Source: Myxococcota bacterium
Lineage (GTDB): Bacteria; Myxococcota_A; UBA9160; UBA6930
NCBI GenBank assembly: GCA_965223705.1
Contig: OZ245015.1
Location: forward strand, 224,001 to 288,000
Direction of reading: 5' to 3'
DNA: 64,000 nt
The position numbers and the translations under genes were made by a program. Shown piece after piece: positions 62,649-64,000 of this stretch; the first letter of the stretch is position 1, and every line of letters starts with the position of its first letter. The notes beneath the pieces were generated by a model that saw only the letters and a list, made by a program, of their open reading frames with translations, ran no database searches and had not been told where the DNA came from.

Positions 62649-62723
62649 CGCAGCGATTCGCTCCTGCGCGCGTCGTGACACAGCGATTCGCTCCTGCGCG
62701 CGTCGTGACACAGCGATTCGCTC
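62635..62723. repeat. 30-bp tandem repeat (~3 copies) spanning the hisH stop and next start
   Basis: TGCGCGCGTCGTGACRCAGCGATTCGCTCC at 62635, 62665, 62695; no spacers. Confidence 0.92.
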
Positions 62724-63343
62724 TCGGCTTGGCGCTCGTCGTCGCGCTGCTCGTCCCGGGTTGCCGTTCGCTCGTGCAGAGCGAGAGCCATCCCGCGCTG
62801 CGCCAACGGCGCGAGCCGATCGCGAGCCTCGCCGTAGCGCCCATTGTCTTTCCCGAAGCGCGCCGCGACGAAGAGGCCCTTCGAGCGAACGCGGGGCTCG
62901 TCGCGCGTCATCTGGCCGAAGCGTTCGCCGCCCGCGGCATTCGCGTGGTGCCCGTCGGAGATCTGTCGCGCGCCATGTCGCGCGAGGCGCCCGAAGCACC
63001 GCGATCGCCTCGCCGGTGGGCCGAACTCGCCGGGAGGGAGTTCGGTGTCGACGCCGTGTTGGTCGCCACCCTGCGCCGCTTCGTCGAGCGCGATGGAGAA
63101 GCGGCGGGGACGTTGCGGCCGGCGAGTGTCGCGTTCGACGTCTCCCTCCACGCGGCGGGAGGTGGCGCGCTCTTGTGGTCGAGCGTATTCGACGAAACTC
63201 AGCGCTCGCTCAGCGAGAACGTCCTCGTCGCCGGTCAGTACCCCGGTGGCGGGACGCGCTGGCTGACGGCATCGGAGCTCGCTCGGTTCGGCGCGCAGCA
63301 AACCGCGGAGCAAGCGCCGGTCGGAGCTGGCGGCACGCGTTGA
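62645..63343 (+). CDS. Hypothetical lipoprotein inside the his operon
   Basis: GTGA overlap with hisH; lipobox VPGC; LAVAP, GVDAVLV, LLWS pattern; alternative in-frame starts 62675 and 62705. Confidence 0.7.
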   Translation: MTQRFAPARVVTQRFAPARVVTQRFALGLALVVALLVPGCRSLVQSESHPALRQRREPIASLAVAPIVFPEARRDEEALRANAGLVARHLAEAFAARGIRVVPVGDLSRAMSREAPEAPRSPRRWAELAGREFGVDAVLVATLRRFVERDGEAAGTLRPASVAFDVSLHAAGGGALLWSSVFDETQRSLSENVLVAGQYPGGGTRWLTASELARFGAQQTAEQAPVGAGGTR

Positions 63344-64000
63344 GCACGTTCGAGGTTATTCCCGCCATCGACCTACTGAATGGGCAAGCGGTGCGCCTCA
63401 CCCAGGGTCGTTACGACGACGCCACGGTGTACGGGACCGATCCCGGCGAGGTCGCGGCGGGCTTTACCCGAGAAAGCCTCCGGCGCCTTCACGTCGTCGA
63501 TCTCGACGGTGCGAAAGCCGGAGCGCCGGCCAACGATGCCGCGATTGCGGCGATTCTCGAGGCGAGCGGCGAAGTACCGGTACAAGTCGGAGGCGGTTTG
63601 CGCGAACTCGCTCACGTCGAGCACCGGCTGGCCCAGGGCGTCGACCGCGTCATTCTCGGTACGGTCGCACTGCGCGACCCCGATCTGGTACGCGGCGCCG
63701 CTCGCGCGTTTCCCGGTCGTGTCGCCGTCGGCATCGATGCGCGCGACGGGCGCGTCGCGGTAGAGGGTTGGCTCGCGACGTCGGACGCGACCGCGCTCGA
63801 AGTGGCATTGCGCTTCGAAGACGCCGGGGTGGCGGCGATCATCTACACCGACATCGCCCGGGACGGGATGCAGACGGGCCCCAATCTCGAACAAACGGAG
63901 GCCCTGGCAGAACGCGTCGAGATCCCGGTGATCGCATCCGGGGGCGTGGGCACGCTGGCCGATATCGAGAGCGCGGTGGCCGCCGGCCGGCGCGGCTTGG
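63340..64000 (+). CDS. hisA: HisA isomerase (3' end outside window)
   Basis: TTG 63340; [42 protein letters not shown]. Confidence 0.95.
   Translation, partial: MSTFEVIPAIDLLNGQAVRLTQGRYDDATVYGTDPGEVAAGFTRESLRRLHVVDLDGAKAGAPANDAAIAAILEASGEVPVQVGGGLRELAHVEHRLAQGVDRVILGTVALRDPDLVRGAARAFPGRVAVGIDARDGRVAVEGWLATSDATALEVALRFEDAGVAAIIYTDIARDGMQTGPNLEQTEALAERVEIPVIASGGVGTLADIESAVAAGRRGL

Noticed and set aside
62635..62723. 30-bp repeats as a CRISPR array
   Set aside because: Repeats are head-to-tail with no spacers, and no cas genes are in the window.

Overview
GC-rich, very compact bacterial chromosomal segment made mostly of core genes: eno, dapF/A/B, argH, mrcB, lspA, a transaldolase-family gene, a propionyl-CoA-carboxylase-type cluster, tat, gshA, rng-rplU-rpmA-obgE-proBA-nadD-rsfS, selA, rluD-pgeF, rho-prfA-prmC-hisDBHA, and one tRNA-Ala(CGC). 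Gene order and content suggest a Myxococcota/deltaproteobacteria-like organism (inference only). I see no CRISPR array, prophage, IS element or rRNA. The most interesting signals are: (1) a sigma54-type promoter architecture (16-bp palindrome, IHF consensus, -24/-12) pointing into a strongly structured, probably non-coding RNA ahead of tatA-tatC, about 1.5 kb downstream of an NtrC-type activator and an odd pseudo-AAA+/pseudo-histidine-kinase fusion; (2) a ~560-nt multi-helix non-coding region upstream of the RNase G/E gene; (3) a glutaredoxin-thioredoxin reductase fusion next to gshA; (4) a sigma54-driven porin-glnB unit; (5) a small LptM-like lipoprotein missed by the ORF track and an LpoP-like TPR lipoprotein after PBP1B. 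All calls come from motif recognition by eye, not database searches. Several start codons were moved from the ORF track to the nearest plausible start.
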